Origin: a bacterium
GTDB taxonomy: Bacteria; UBA8248
Length of the DNA stretch: 64,000 nucleotides
Direction of reading: 5' to 3'
Assembly (NCBI GenBank): GCA_965213625.1
Contig: CBDBZU010000004.1
Span: 3,584,001-3,648,000, forward strand
This document shows positions 9,209-19,201 of this stretch, piece by piece (position 1 is the stretch's first letter; every line of letters starts with the position of its first letter). The notes beneath the pieces were generated by a model. That model was not told the DNA's origin. It made no database searches and saw only the letters and a program-made list of their open reading frames with translations. Position numbers and translations under genes: made by a program.

Positions 9209-10159
9209 ATGCCGACTGTGGATACACAAGCCATCAGCAGCGAACTCATCCGGGAAGTGGCCTTCGAACTCAACCGCCGCGCCGCCATCGGAATACCAAA
9301 AGACGTGGGCGATACCATCGCCGACATGGCCGAGCGCGAGACCCAGAAACTCTCGAAGTTCGTGCTTCTCGAGATCGTCAACAACTACAAGGTCGCCGTG
9401 GACGAGCAGCGCCCCATGTGCGCCGATACGGGCCTCCCGCGCTTCTATGCGAAAATCGGGAACGACGCCGCTATCGAGGGCGGCTTCGTGGCGCTCGAGC
9501 GCTCGGTCCGTCAGGGAACGGCGGACGCCACCGAGCGCGTGCCCCTGCGCCCGAACCGCGTGCACCCCATCACCCGGCACGACTACAACAACAACGTGGG
9601 GATACACGCCCCCACGGTGGACTACTCCTGGGAGCCGGACGTCGACTGGATAGAACTCACGAGCTTCCACAAGGGGGGCCTCTTCGGCGGGGACTACCGG
9701 ATGCTCTTCCCCACCGACGGCATCGACGGCATCAAGCGCTTCTTTCTCGACGTGATCAGCGAGTTCTTCAAGCGCGGCCTCTCGTGCCAGCCCGCCATCG
9801 TCGGAATCGGCATCGGCGGCACCAAGGACACCTGCGTGCGCCTCGCCAAGGAGGCGGCCTGCCTGCGCGTGGTGGGGGACAGGAACCCGGATCCCGAAAT
9901 CGGGAAACTCGAAGAAGAGCTGAACGAACTCGGCCGGAGGACCAGCCTCGGCCCCATGGGCTTCAAGGGCGAGGGCGCGGTGATGGACACCCACATCGAG
10001 GTGGCCTACACCCACACCGGCGGGATGCCCATATCGATCCACCACCAGTGCTTCGCGCTCAGGCGCGCCACCGCGCGAATCCACACCGACGGCCAGGTGG
10101 AATACCGCGAAAACCCCGACTGGTTCACCGACTACTACCGCCGCGACAGCATCGCGTAA
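9209..10159 (+). CDS. Fe-S hydro-lyase alpha subunit (tartrate dehydratase/fumarate hydratase family)
   Basis: PMCADTG, LRPN, CQPAIVGIGIGG, LGPMG, C-terminal Cys. Confidence 0.88.
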   Translation: MPTVDTQAISSELIREVAFELNRRAAIGIPKDVGDTIADMAERETQKLSKFVLLEIVNNYKVAVDEQRPMCADTGLPRFYAKIGNDAAIEGGFVALERSVRQGTADATERVPLRPNRVHPITRHDYNNNVGIHAPTVDYSWEPDVDWIELTSFHKGGLFGGDYRMLFPTDGIDGIKRFFLDVISEFFKRGLSCQPAIVGIGIGGTKDTCVRLAKEAACLRVVGDRNPDPEIGKLEEELNELGRRTSLGPMGFKGEGAVMDTHIEVAYTHTGGMPISIHHQCFALRRATARIHTDGQVEYRENPDWFTDYYRRDSIA

Positions 10160-10180
10160 GCGGCCCGGGAGAATTTTGAC

Positions 10181-10864
10181 ATGAGCGGCACCGCAGACCT
10201 GGAAATGAAGGAGCACCACCTCACGACGCCGACCACGCCGGAAGACCTGGCGAAACTGGAACTGGGCGACGTCGTCTATTTCGACGGCGTGATATTCACG
10301 GGCAGAATCGGCCTCTACAAGAAACTTTTTGACGAAAAAGCGCCCCCGCCGGTGGACATCGCCTCGCTCACGAACGTGACGTTCCACTGCTCGCCCGCCG
10401 TGGGTCGAAACGAAGCGGGCGATTGGGAGGTGGCCGCCGTCACGGCCACGGCGAGCTTTCGCTTCGAGAAACACCTGCCCCTCCTGATGGACGAGCACGA
10501 GATACGCTGTGTCATCGGCAAGGGCGGCATGGCGCAGGAATTCTATGAGAAACACTTCAAGCGGCTGGGCGCGGTGTTCCTGAACACGGTGGGCTACGGC
10601 ATCGGCGCGCAGTACGGGCGCGGCATCACAGGGGTCAAGGACGTCTACTGGCTCGACGAACTCGGCATCGCCCAGGCGATGTGGGTGTTCGAGGTAAAAA
10701 ATTTCGGGCCCTTCCTCGTGGAATGCGACGCCCGCGGGAACAGCCTCTACCAGATGGCGCTCGCCGAGACGAACGTGGAGCTGGGCAAGCTCTACGAGGG
10801 ACTGCCGCTTCCCACGCTCAAGCGCATGGGCGAGGTACACAATCCGGAAGATGAGGTTTTCTAG
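10181..10864 (+). CDS. Fe-S hydro-lyase beta subunit
   Basis: G.IFTGR, HCSP, TASFR, IGKGG, FGPFLV motifs. Confidence 0.85.
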   Translation: MSGTADLEMKEHHLTTPTTPEDLAKLELGDVVYFDGVIFTGRIGLYKKLFDEKAPPPVDIASLTNVTFHCSPAVGRNEAGDWEVAAVTATASFRFEKHLPLLMDEHEIRCVIGKGGMAQEFYEKHFKRLGAVFLNTVGYGIGAQYGRGITGVKDVYWLDELGIAQAMWVFEVKNFGPFLVECDARGNSLYQMALAETNVELGKLYEGLPLPTLKRMGEVHNPEDEVF

Positions 10865-10910
10865 CAAAACCCCCGGAAATTCGAACAGAATTACCGACGA
10901 AAGGATGAAT

Positions 10911-11918
10911 ATGTCGAAAGGAATCGCTTGGGTCACCACCAGTTGGCTGAGCGGCTTAGAAGACCCGATGCGCCACTTCAAGCGGCTCGAAACCGAGGCG
11001 GGCCTCGAAGTCAGAATCGAATCGAACGGCGTGGACAGGACCGAAGAAGAACTGGTCGCCTCGCTTCCCGGCGTGGTCGTCACCTTCCCGAGCAACGACC
11101 CCTACAACGAGCGCACCCTGGCGGCGGGGACGCACCTGAAGCACATCGCCAGAACGGGGGTGGGCTTCAACTCCGTCGACCTGGACGCCGCCACGCGCCA
11201 CGGCGTGGTCGTCACCAACGCGCCGGGCCAGAACTCGGATTCCGTGGCCGAACACGCGATCGGCCTCATGCTGTGCATCGCGAGGAACATCGCTCTCTCC
11301 GACAAGAAGATGCGGGCGGGCGAGTGGGCGGACCTGCGGGTTCCCATTTCGCCGCTTAGAGGCAAGACGCTGGGCATCATCGGTCTGGGGAACATCGGCA
11401 AGCGCGTGGCGAGGCGCGCCGTAGCCTTCGGCATGGAGGTCATCGCGAACGACATTGTGCGCGATGAGCGCTTCGCCGCCGAGGTGGGCGTTTTCTTCGA
11501 GTCGCGCGAGGAGGTGACGCGCCGGGCCGATTTCATCACCTGCCATGTGCCCCTGAACGATGGGACGCGCGGCATGGTGGACGAGAAATTCCTGACCTCC
11601 ATGAAGCCGGGCGCCTACCTCATCAACACCTCACGCGGTCCCGTGGTGGATCTGGACGCAGCGGCCACGGCTTTGGAGCGCGGCATCATCCAGGGCGCTG
11701 CGCTGGACGTTTTCCCGAACGAGCCTGCGGATCACCGCCACCGCATCTTCTCGCTCGACAACGTCATCTTCACCCCGCACATCGCGGGCCTGGGCGAGGA
11801 TGCGTGTGAGCAATCGCTCGAGTTCGCCGTCACCGCAGCGCTCGACGTCATCGCCGGGAGGCATCCGGCGGGCCTGCTGAACCCCGAGGTGCTGGAAAAA
11901 GCGGACATCAAAGACTAA
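10911..11918 (+). CDS. D-2-hydroxyacid dehydrogenase (SerA-like)
   Basis: GVGFNSVD, GLGNIG, NTSRG, LDVF..EP, TPHIAG. Confidence 0.9.
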   Translation: MSKGIAWVTTSWLSGLEDPMRHFKRLETEAGLEVRIESNGVDRTEEELVASLPGVVVTFPSNDPYNERTLAAGTHLKHIARTGVGFNSVDLDAATRHGVVVTNAPGQNSDSVAEHAIGLMLCIARNIALSDKKMRAGEWADLRVPISPLRGKTLGIIGLGNIGKRVARRAVAFGMEVIANDIVRDERFAAEVGVFFESREEVTRRADFITCHVPLNDGTRGMVDEKFLTSMKPGAYLINTSRGPVVDLDAAATALERGIIQGAALDVFPNEPADHRHRIFSLDNVIFTPHIAGLGEDACEQSLEFAVTAALDVIAGRHPAGLLNPEVLEKADIKD

Positions 11919-11990
11919 AGTAATAATCGCCTTATCTCCGGGCGCCGCCCCGGAATGCTTCAAGATAGCCGCCGACACGAGGAATAATCC

Positions 11991-13391
11991 ATGCGGAAAA
12001 CAACCAAGCTGCACGCGCTGCTGATCGGCGCCTGCCTCCTCCTTCTCTTTGTCGGAGGAGCCAACGCCGCCGACACAAAGACGGAGACCGCCCCTCTGCG
12101 CGTTCCCTGGAACGTGACGGAACACAAGATGAAGAACGGCATGCGCGCCCTGCTGCTGCCAGACAACAGCGCGCCCATGGTGGTCATGAAGGTCTGGTAC
12201 GCCGTCGGCAGCCGGGATGAGCAGCCCGGCCTCACGGGCATCGCGCATTATCTCGAACACATGATGTTTCGGGGCACGAAGAATTACGGCCCCAAGGAAT
12301 TCGACAAGATCATCAAGAAAAACGGCGGCTCCCACAACGCGTTCACCAGCTTCGACTACACCGCGTACTACGAGCGCATCGCCTCGGACAGGCTGGAGCT
12401 GATCATCGAGCTGGAAGCCGACCGCATGGTGAACCTGAAGCTCGAGAAGGCGGCCTTCGACGCGGAGAAGAACGTGGTGCACGAGGAGAGGCGCACCCGT
12501 TACGACAGGCCGGTGGGCAAGTTCTGGGAGCAGCTTCGCGCCGTCGCCTACACGAACCACCCCTACAAGAACCCGATCATCGGCTGGCCCGAAGATATAG
12601 ACGCCATCAACATCAAGGACATGGAGGCCTTCTACAAGCGCTACTACAGCCCCGAGAACGCCGTCGCCGTCCTGGTGGGCGATTTCAAGGTGGAAGATGC
12701 CATCGCGCTGCTCGAAAAACATTTTGGGAAAATCCCGAAATCCCCGACCTTCCGGAAAAGGCCCGCGCTCGCCGAGTTCCCCCAGAAATCGGAACGCAGG
12801 GTGTACGTGCGCGCCGATGCGCAGCTTCCCTACGTGGCCATCGGCTATCACGCCCCCAACTGGAAGAGCAAGGACGCGCCCGCCCTCGTGATGCTGGAAG
12901 CCATCCTGGGCGGTGGAGAAACCTCGCGCTTGCACCAGAGGCTGGTGCGCACGGACACGCTCGCGCTGGGCGCGGGCTCGGATTACACCTACACCTCGGT
13001 GGATCCGATGATCTTCTATCTCTACGCGCGGGTGGCACCCGGCAAGAAAGCCGCCGATGCGGAGAAGGCGCTTCTCGAAGAGGTGGAAAAACTCATCGAA
13101 AAAGGCGTGGGCGAAGAGGAGTTCCGCCGCGCGCTCAGGAGTATCGAGGCGAATACGGTTTTCGCCATGGACTCGCACTACTACCGCGCGAGGCTCCTCG
13201 GCTCGGCGGCAATCGCAGGCGACTGGCGCCTCCTCGAAGGCTACCTGCCCGCCCTCAGGAAGGTGACGCCCGCCGACGTGGTGCGCGTCGCCAGGAAATA
13301 CCTGAACCACAAGAACAAGACCACCGCCGAACTCATACCGACAAAGAAAAAACGCAGCGCGAAAGCCGCCAAAAACCGGGGAGGAAGTTAG
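11991..13391 (+). CDS. M16 zinc peptidase, catalytic subunit
   Basis: Signal peptide; HYLEH inverted zinc motif; NAFTS. Confidence 0.93.
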   Translation: MRKTTKLHALLIGACLLLLFVGGANAADTKTETAPLRVPWNVTEHKMKNGMRALLLPDNSAPMVVMKVWYAVGSRDEQPGLTGIAHYLEHMMFRGTKNYGPKEFDKIIKKNGGSHNAFTSFDYTAYYERIASDRLELIIELEADRMVNLKLEKAAFDAEKNVVHEERRTRYDRPVGKFWEQLRAVAYTNHPYKNPIIGWPEDIDAINIKDMEAFYKRYYSPENAVAVLVGDFKVEDAIALLEKHFGKIPKSPTFRKRPALAEFPQKSERRVYVRADAQLPYVAIGYHAPNWKSKDAPALVMLEAILGGGETSRLHQRLVRTDTLALGAGSDYTYTSVDPMIFYLYARVAPGKKAADAEKALLEEVEKLIEKGVGEEEFRRALRSIEANTVFAMDSHYYRARLLGSAAIAGDWRLLEGYLPALRKVTPADVVRVARKYLNHKNKTTAELIPTKKKRSAKAAKNRGGS

Positions 13392-13392
13392 C

Positions 13393-14724
13393 ATGAGGCT
13401 CCACCGCATACTCTGGACACTGGCCGCTACGGTCTTTCTGCTGCCCGCTCTCGCAAGTGCGGACGTCATCACTTATGAGCGCGAGGAGTTGCCCGGCGGC
13501 GCCGTATTGCTCGTCAAGCAAAGCAGGCAACTGCCCATGGTGCGGGTCGCCGTCTCGATTCCGGCTGGCGCGCGCCATGAAGCACCCGAGCGCGCGGGAC
13601 TCGCGAACCTGACCGCAACCCTCCTCACACGGGGGACGAAAACGAGAAGCGCTTCGGACATCGAGAAGACGAACGACTCCCTGGGCGGCGGCGTGGGCAT
13701 GGAGGTCGGCCGCTCTCGTGCAGAAGCCTCCATGCGCGTACTCACGCGGGATCTGGAAGAGGGGCTCTCCCTGCTGGGTGACGTACTCAGAAATCCCGTC
13801 TTCCCGGCAGAGGAGATCGGCAAGACGAAGCGGCGCATCGTGGGCGGCATGCGCAGGCAGCGCGAGCGCCCCGGCCACCTGGCGAACAAGGCGCTCAGGA
13901 AGAGCCTATTCGGCGAAACGCCCTATGGCCGCCTGGTCGAGGGAACGGAGGCGTCGATCAAGAAACTGGGGAGGGAGGACCTCGTCCGCTTCCACAAGAA
14001 ATGGTACGGCATGAAGGGGGCGATTTTCGTCTTCGTGGGCGACGTTTCACTCAAGCGCGCGCGAGAACTCGTTCTGGCTCGCTTCAAAGGCTGGCACGCG
14101 GAGGGAGGGGAAATCCCCGAGCCGGCGCCGCCCGGGACGCCTAAGAAAATGCAGGTGGTCAAAATCGACCGCTCCCTCTCCCAGTCCACGGTGATACTGG
14201 GCAACCGCTCGCTCAAGCGCACGCATCCCGATTTCTACGCCGCGCGCGTGATGAACTACATCCTGGGCGGGGGCGGGTTTTCCAGCAGGATCATGAACAA
14301 CCTCAGAGAAGAAAAGGGCCTCGTCTACAGCGTCTACAGCTATTTCGCGGCAGGGCGTCACGCGGGCCACTGGCGGCTCATCCTGCAGACGAAAAACAAG
14401 AGTGCGAACGAGGCCATTAAAGAGGCGATCGCGGAGGTAGAGCGCATCAAGGAAAAAGGAGTAAGCGACAAGGAGCTTCAAGACGCCAAGGATTTCATTA
14501 CCGGGAACTTCGCCACGCGCTTCGGCTCTTCGGGCCGCATCGCGGACTACATCCTCGCGGTGGAGATTCTGGGCTTCACGCCGGGCTACGCGGATGAATA
14601 CCTGAAGAAAATACGCGCCGTCACGAAGGCGCAAATACTCGCGGCCGCTCGTAAACACATCAAGCTCGACCAATCCACCCTCGCGGTGGTGGGGAAACTG
14701 AGCGAGGCGAAGCTGGCCTATTGA
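13393..14724 (+). CDS. M16 peptidase, non-catalytic partner subunit
   Basis: Signal peptide; lacks HxxEH; ILGGGGFSSR...LREEKGLVY motif. Confidence 0.9.
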   Translation: MRLHRILWTLAATVFLLPALASADVITYEREELPGGAVLLVKQSRQLPMVRVAVSIPAGARHEAPERAGLANLTATLLTRGTKTRSASDIEKTNDSLGGGVGMEVGRSRAEASMRVLTRDLEEGLSLLGDVLRNPVFPAEEIGKTKRRIVGGMRRQRERPGHLANKALRKSLFGETPYGRLVEGTEASIKKLGREDLVRFHKKWYGMKGAIFVFVGDVSLKRARELVLARFKGWHAEGGEIPEPAPPGTPKKMQVVKIDRSLSQSTVILGNRSLKRTHPDFYAARVMNYILGGGGFSSRIMNNLREEKGLVYSVYSYFAAGRHAGHWRLILQTKNKSANEAIKEAIAEVERIKEKGVSDKELQDAKDFITGNFATRFGSSGRIADYILAVEILGFTPGYADEYLKKIRAVTKAQILAAARKHIKLDQSTLAVVGKLSEAKLAY

Positions 14725-14758
14725 GGCTTGCCGATAAATTTGGGGGAACCAAGAGAAG

Positions 14759-15154
14759 ATGAAGCGCGAAACGGTAACGCCGGAGGCGCTGGCCGCGCCC
14801 GCCGGGCATTTCTCGCACGGGGTCATCGCAGACAGCGGACGCACGCTCTACGTGGCGGGCCAGACGCCGCTCGATGAGGATGGCAACCTCGTCTGCCCGG
14901 GCGACCCGGAGGGACAGGCGCGCCAGTGCTACATGAACATCCAGAAGGTGGTGGAGGCGGCCGGCGGGCGCATGGCGGATACGGCCAAGATTCAGGTCTT
15001 CGTGACGAGTCTCGACTACCGGGCCGCCGTCGGCAAGGTGCGGGCCGAGTTCTTCCCCGACGAACCGCCGGTGAGCACGTTCCTGGTGATATCGAGCCTG
15101 GCCGAGCCCGATTTTCTGGTCGAAGTCGAGGCCATCGTTCCCCTGCCCGAATAA
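14759..15154 (+). CDS. RidA/YjgF family protein
   Basis: LYVAGQ, R..FF..PPVST, LVEVEA. Confidence 0.9.
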   Translation: MKRETVTPEALAAPAGHFSHGVIADSGRTLYVAGQTPLDEDGNLVCPGDPEGQARQCYMNIQKVVEAAGGRMADTAKIQVFVTSLDYRAAVGKVRAEFFPDEPPVSTFLVISSLAEPDFLVEVEAIVPLPE

Positions 15155-15166
15155 GAGAGCGAGACG

Positions 15167-15559
15167 GTGAGCGGAAAAACCACTCTGCGCTGGACGCTTG
15201 CGCTCGTTTACATGGCGGGGATTCACCTCTGGACGGCGACGGGCGGGCGCAATCCCTCATCCACACTGCCGTTCGGGGTGGACAAAATCGTGCACCTCTG
15301 CGAATTTGGGCTTCTCGCCTGGCTGCTCTGGCGGCCCTGGCGGGAGACTTATCCCCGGTGGGCCGAGGGGAGAACCGCCGCCTTCGTCCTGCTCCTGACG
15401 GCGCTGAACGGCCTTGGCGATGAATTACACCAGCTTTATCTCCCCCACCGGAACGCGACATGGGGAGACTGGGCGGCGGATATCGCGGGGGGCGGGGCCG
15501 CCGTTTTGTGGTGTCTGCACCGAGAGAAGGCCAGGCCCCGCGCTACGACGCAGGGATAG
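15167..15559 (+). CDS. VanZ-family membrane protein
   Basis: DKIVH..EF, DELHQ..P.R, DWAAD. Confidence 0.85.
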   Translation: MSGKTTLRWTLALVYMAGIHLWTATGGRNPSSTLPFGVDKIVHLCEFGLLAWLLWRPWRETYPRWAEGRTAAFVLLLTALNGLGDELHQLYLPHRNATWGDWAADIAGGGAAVLWCLHREKARPRATTQG

Positions 15560-15570
15560 GAGAATACACA

Positions 15571-16020
15571 TTGTCCAGCATACGGGACGCACTCACCGAA
15601 GACATGAAGGCCGCCATGCGCGCCAAGGAGACGCTCAGGCTCTCCACCATCCGGATGGTGCGCGCCGAGATTTTGAACAAGGACAAGGAAGACGGTGAAG
15701 AAACTTCACAAAAAGATATTCTCAAACTACTCCAAAGTATGGTAAAGAAACGGGAGGAAGCCGCAGAGCAGTACGCAGCCGCCGACCGCGAGGATATGGC
15801 CCGGCAGGAACGCGATGAGATTCGGATCATCCAGGGCTATCTACCCTCGCAGATGGAGGATGCGGAAGTCGAAGCCGCCGCCCGGGCGGCCATCGAGGAA
15901 ACAGGGGCCTCTTCGATGAAAGACATGGGCAAGGTAATGGGAATTCTCACACGTGAACTGGCCGGGCGCGCCACAGGCGCCCGGGTTTCCCAGGCGGTCC
16001 GGAAACTCCTGGGCACTTAG
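15571..16020 (+). CDS. GatB/YqeY domain protein
   Basis: DMKAAMRAK..RLSTIR, YLP.Q, DMGKVMG; AGGAG RBS before TTG. Confidence 0.92.
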   Translation: MSSIRDALTEDMKAAMRAKETLRLSTIRMVRAEILNKDKEDGEETSQKDILKLLQSMVKKREEAAEQYAAADREDMARQERDEIRIIQGYLPSQMEDAEVEAAARAAIEETGASSMKDMGKVMGILTRELAGRATGARVSQAVRKLLGT

Positions 16021-16040
16021 GGTAAGAAGGAGGTCTCCAA

Positions 16041-16436
16041 ATGAAGAAGCCGACCTACCGCTTAGAAGACGTCGCCACAGCGTACCAATGCGAACCTGAG
16101 CAGGAGGAGATCATTTCCGCTCTGGCCGAGCGCGACTACCGCGTATTCGAGGTCGAGCAGCCCGCCGGAGCCTTCGTGCCCTACCACACGCACGATGAAG
16201 AAGAAGCCGTGATCGTCATCGAGGGCCAGATGCAGTTCAACGTGGAGGAAGAGCTCGTCCTCGTTCAGCAGGGCGAGGTGATCACCATCCGCGAGGAGGC
16301 GATCCACAGCGCAGCCCAGATTGGAGAGGAGAAGGCCAAGCTCCTGCTCGCCTTCCCGAACGACGGTAACGATCCGCCAGTCATCGACCTCGACTGGGAG
16401 GGCGATGAGGAGGACGACAACCTCGGCTACGCCTGA
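16041..16436 (+). CDS. Cupin domain protein
   Basis: AAGGAGG RBS; PYHTHDEEE..IEG and IHS motifs. Confidence 0.85.
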   Translation: MKKPTYRLEDVATAYQCEPEQEEIISALAERDYRVFEVEQPAGAFVPYHTHDEEEAVIVIEGQMQFNVEEELVLVQQGEVITIREEAIHSAAQIGEEKAKLLLAFPNDGNDPPVIDLDWEGDEEDDNLGYA

Positions 16437-16881
16437 ATCCAACTACTTCGCCTACGGGGCGAACCTGCACGTCGCGCAAATGAAGTCCCTCTGTCCGAAG
16501 AGCGCGCCCGTATGCACTGCGCTCCTTCAGGATTATCGCCTCGCCATCGCCCTGCCCGCGTCATCGCCCGGGAACCAGCCCGGATGGGCGACCGTGACGC
16601 CCCAAAAAGGCGCCGAGACGCCGGGCGCGCTGTTCCGCTTACACGAAGAAGACCTGCCTGCGCTGGATCATTTCGAGGACTACCCCGCGCTCTACGACCG
16701 GATTGAGGTGGATATCGCCACAGGCGAAGGTCCGCTCTGCGCCATGCTCTACATCATGCGGCACCCGATAAGGGCGGCGCGCCCGGCGGCGCACTACGTC
16801 GAGACGCTCAGGCGGGGATACCGCGATTTCGACCTGCCGATGGAGGTGCTGGAGGGCGTTCTGGGGGAGGCCTTTTCCTGA
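16405..16881 (+). CDS. Gamma-glutamylcyclotransferase (AIG2-like) family protein
   Basis: YFAYGANL, LDHFE..P..Y motifs; GGGAGG before ATG at 16405. Confidence 0.85.
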   Translation: MRRTTTSATPESNYFAYGANLHVAQMKSLCPKSAPVCTALLQDYRLAIALPASSPGNQPGWATVTPQKGAETPGALFRLHEEDLPALDHFEDYPALYDRIEVDIATGEGPLCAMLYIMRHPIRAARPAAHYVETLRRGYRDFDLPMEVLEGVLGEAFS

Positions 16882-16954
16882 TGGGGTTGTTGAAAGAGTC
16901 CTTTTCGGTTGGGAGTGACCCCTCGATGGTATTGAAGTTCACTCCCCCCTTGAG

Positions 16955-18474
16955 GGGTCTGTTGAAAAACCCGGTGTTGGAAGCGGGCGTTTTGGCGGCT
17001 CACGCGGCGGCGGGGAGGCAGCCCAATCGGCGCGTGAGGGCGCCATGTGCGCGCAGCCGGCGTCTCCGGGCGGCACAGGCCGTCCAGAAGGCGAATATAC
17101 GCGCCGCAAAAGCGGCGGCCAGCCGCTTGAGGTTCACCGCTATCGCCGTCAGGTAGGACTGGATCCGCATGTTCGCAAGGCCCCGGCGCACCGCCCGCCC
17201 CAGTCCGTGCCGGCTCTTCGCCTCGCCGTGGTAGCCCTCCGAGCGCCAACGGTGGCGGCCATAGAGACGCTTCTCCTCCTCCCCCCAGCGCGCATGCCGC
17301 CGACGCGCGCGCAACAGCGCCGGATACGCGTGCGGAATCAACACCGTCCTGCTCGTGCGCGACTTCGACAGACAATCGGGCCTGAGCGCGCAGCCCGCGC
17401 AATCCCGCGTCTTCGATACATAGGAGCGCCCCCGCTCCGTCGCCTGCCGGGGGCGCAGCGTCTTGCCTCCCGGACACTTCACCACCTCGTTGCGCGCGTC
17501 GTAGTGGAACAACTGCAGCGGAACACGGCTCTGGCTGGGTTCCTTCTTCGCTGGTATCAGCGCTTCCACGCCCCGCCGCTCCAATTCGCCGTAAACCTTC
17601 GAGTACGCGTACCCCGAATCCGCCGTCACCATCTCCGGCGTGCGGCCCGACAACTCGCTTACCGCCTCTATATGGGACGCCATCATCTCACGCTCGTTCC
17701 GCGTCCCCTCCGTCACCGACACGTCGAGAACAACACCCCGCTCATCGTCCACCGCCGCGTGCTGCTTGTAGCTCGGCTCGAACCCCGCCCGCGCGCTCTT
17801 GCGCGCAAGCCGCGCGTCCGGGTCCGTCCGGCTCACCGGACCCCCGCCACCGCGGCCTCCTCCCTTCTTCCCGACCTCATCATCGACGGGATTCTCCTGA
17901 ATCACCTTCTCCGCGTGGTGCGCCGCCAGGCTCTCCCAGCTCACGTCCGCGCGTATCAACGAGGCGTCCACGTGCACCACTTCCCCCTTCGCCACATTCG
18001 CCTCCAGGCAAGCCTGCACCGTGCGACGGAATATCTCCTTGAACCGTGCCTCCCCCCAGCGCTGACGTATCCGCGTCAGGCTCGAATGATGCGGCAACTC
18101 CTCGTGCAGCCCGTACCCGATGAACCACCGGATCGCCAGGTGCGCACGCGCCTCGCGAAGCAGGCGACGGTCGTGAACGTAGCCCAGCAACATACCCGCC
18201 AGCATCAAGCGGAGCGCCACCTCCGGGTCGATCCCCGGACGACCGTTATCCGCGCAATAGCAATCCGCCACCTCCTCCCGTAGCCAGCTCAAATCCAGTA
18301 CGTGGTCCACGCGCATCAGGACGTGATCCTCGGGGATCAGCCGTTCCAGCGAACCGGCCACGAACAAATCCATCTGCTCGCGCCTCTTGCTGCCTATCAT
18401 CGAGGGAACTCCCATCTCGGGCGAGATAGTGTCATTACACCCAATCACAATGCCGGGGCTTTTTCAACAGCCCC
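16955..18474 (-). mobile_element. IS1182-family insertion sequence
   Basis: Terminal inverted repeats GGGTCTGTTGAAAAA / TTTTTCAACAGCCCC around one transposase ORF. Confidence 0.9.
17000..18448 (-). CDS. IS1182-family DDE transposase
   Basis: GRPGIDP, PHHSSL, VDAS.I.A, TDPDA, ADSGY, C..C..R..C, RWRSEG; true start may be about 18400. Confidence 0.92.
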   Translation of the reverse strand: MIGCNDTISPEMGVPSMIGSKRREQMDLFVAGSLERLIPEDHVLMRVDHVLDLSWLREEVADCYCADNGRPGIDPEVALRLMLAGMLLGYVHDRRLLREARAHLAIRWFIGYGLHEELPHHSSLTRIRQRWGEARFKEIFRRTVQACLEANVAKGEVVHVDASLIRADVSWESLAAHHAEKVIQENPVDDEVGKKGGGRGGGGPVSRTDPDARLARKSARAGFEPSYKQHAAVDDERGVVLDVSVTEGTRNEREMMASHIEAVSELSGRTPEMVTADSGYAYSKVYGELERRGVEALIPAKKEPSQSRVPLQLFHYDARNEVVKCPGGKTLRPRQATERGRSYVSKTRDCAGCALRPDCLSKSRTSRTVLIPHAYPALLRARRRHARWGEEEKRLYGRHRWRSEGYHGEAKSRHGLGRAVRRGLANMRIQSYLTAIAVNLKRLAAAFAARIFAFWTACAARRRRLRAHGALTRRLGCLPAAA

Positions 18475-18612
18475 CTCAAGGGGGGAGTGATTGTTTGGCG
18501 CTCTGCAACGGGGAAGTGATGCCTCCCCTCTCCCCGGTCGGTTACATTAGCTGAATAACAAAATCGGGACTTATTCAACAACTCCTTGAGATGATCACCT
18601 GTCGGCCCAACG

Positions 18613-19053
18613 TTAGTCGGCGGTCCTCTCCAACAGCCGTTGCAAGGCGAGCATCGCCGTCTCGCTCTGCTTCATCGTCAGCTCGCTCTGCTTCATCGTC
18701 AATTCGTTCTGCTTGATCAGCACGTCCGTTCGTTTCATTGATTCTTCGTGCTGCCTGGCAAAGGCGTCCGCCATAATATCAGTCCGTCTCATGGATTCTT
18801 CCTGCAGCCTTGTCAGCGCATCCGTTCGCTTCATGGACTCTTCGTGCTGCTTGCTCAAGGCGTCCGCCATGACATCTATCTGCCTCATCATGGCGTCGAT
18901 CTGCCTGTCCGTCTGGAGGGCGCGTCTCTCGGAGGCGTCGCTCATTCGCTTGATGCCGTAAAAAAACAGGCCCGATTGCAGCATGCCCACGAACAAGGCC
19001 ACACCGGCCTGAACCCAACCCACGAGTAAAGTCGCCTGCTGAAACTCGGTCAT
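18613..19053 (-). CDS. Single-TM coiled-coil protein with internal repeats
   Basis: N-terminal hydrophobic segment; EESM.RTD three times; 21-nt tandem repeats (KQSELTM) at about 18655-18717. Confidence 0.75.
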   Translation of the reverse strand: MTEFQQATLLVGWVQAGVALFVGMLQSGLFFYGIKRMSDASERRALQTDRQIDAMMRQIDVMADALSKQHEESMKRTDALTRLQEESMRRTDIMADAFARQHEESMKRTDVLIKQNELTMKQSELTMKQSETAMLALQRLLERTAD

Positions 19054-19201
19054 TTCCCTTCTCCCACGCCTGAGAATAAATTAATACGCGAGACGTCATC
19101 AACCCGTCTCACCTCGGGTGGGTCCTCAGTTGTCGGTTACGTTGCCAAGGAGTTTAGCATGAACGAAAAAAATGCGTAAGCGCCGGAATTAAACCGTTTC
19201 C

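Larger units (their letters stand above)
16883..18585. mobile_element. Outer non-autonomous element with IS1182-like ends, enclosing the intact IS
   Basis: Ends GGGGTTGTTGAAAGAGTCC / GGACTTATTCAACAACTCC; left interior resembles the 5800..6094 element. Confidence 0.7.

Noticed and set aside
9140-13472. Long antisense ORFs of 651 aa and 613 aa (also 6850..8112 and 17045..18283)
   Set aside because: Shadow frames opposite well-supported genes in high-GC DNA; no recognisable motifs
16434-16436. Readthrough fusion of the cupin and the gamma-glutamylcyclotransferase
   Set aside because: The two are in different frames and the second has its own RBS and ATG at 16405
18655-18870. Tandem repeats as a CRISPR array
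   Set aside because: Units are in-frame coding repeats without unique spacers; no cas genes in the window
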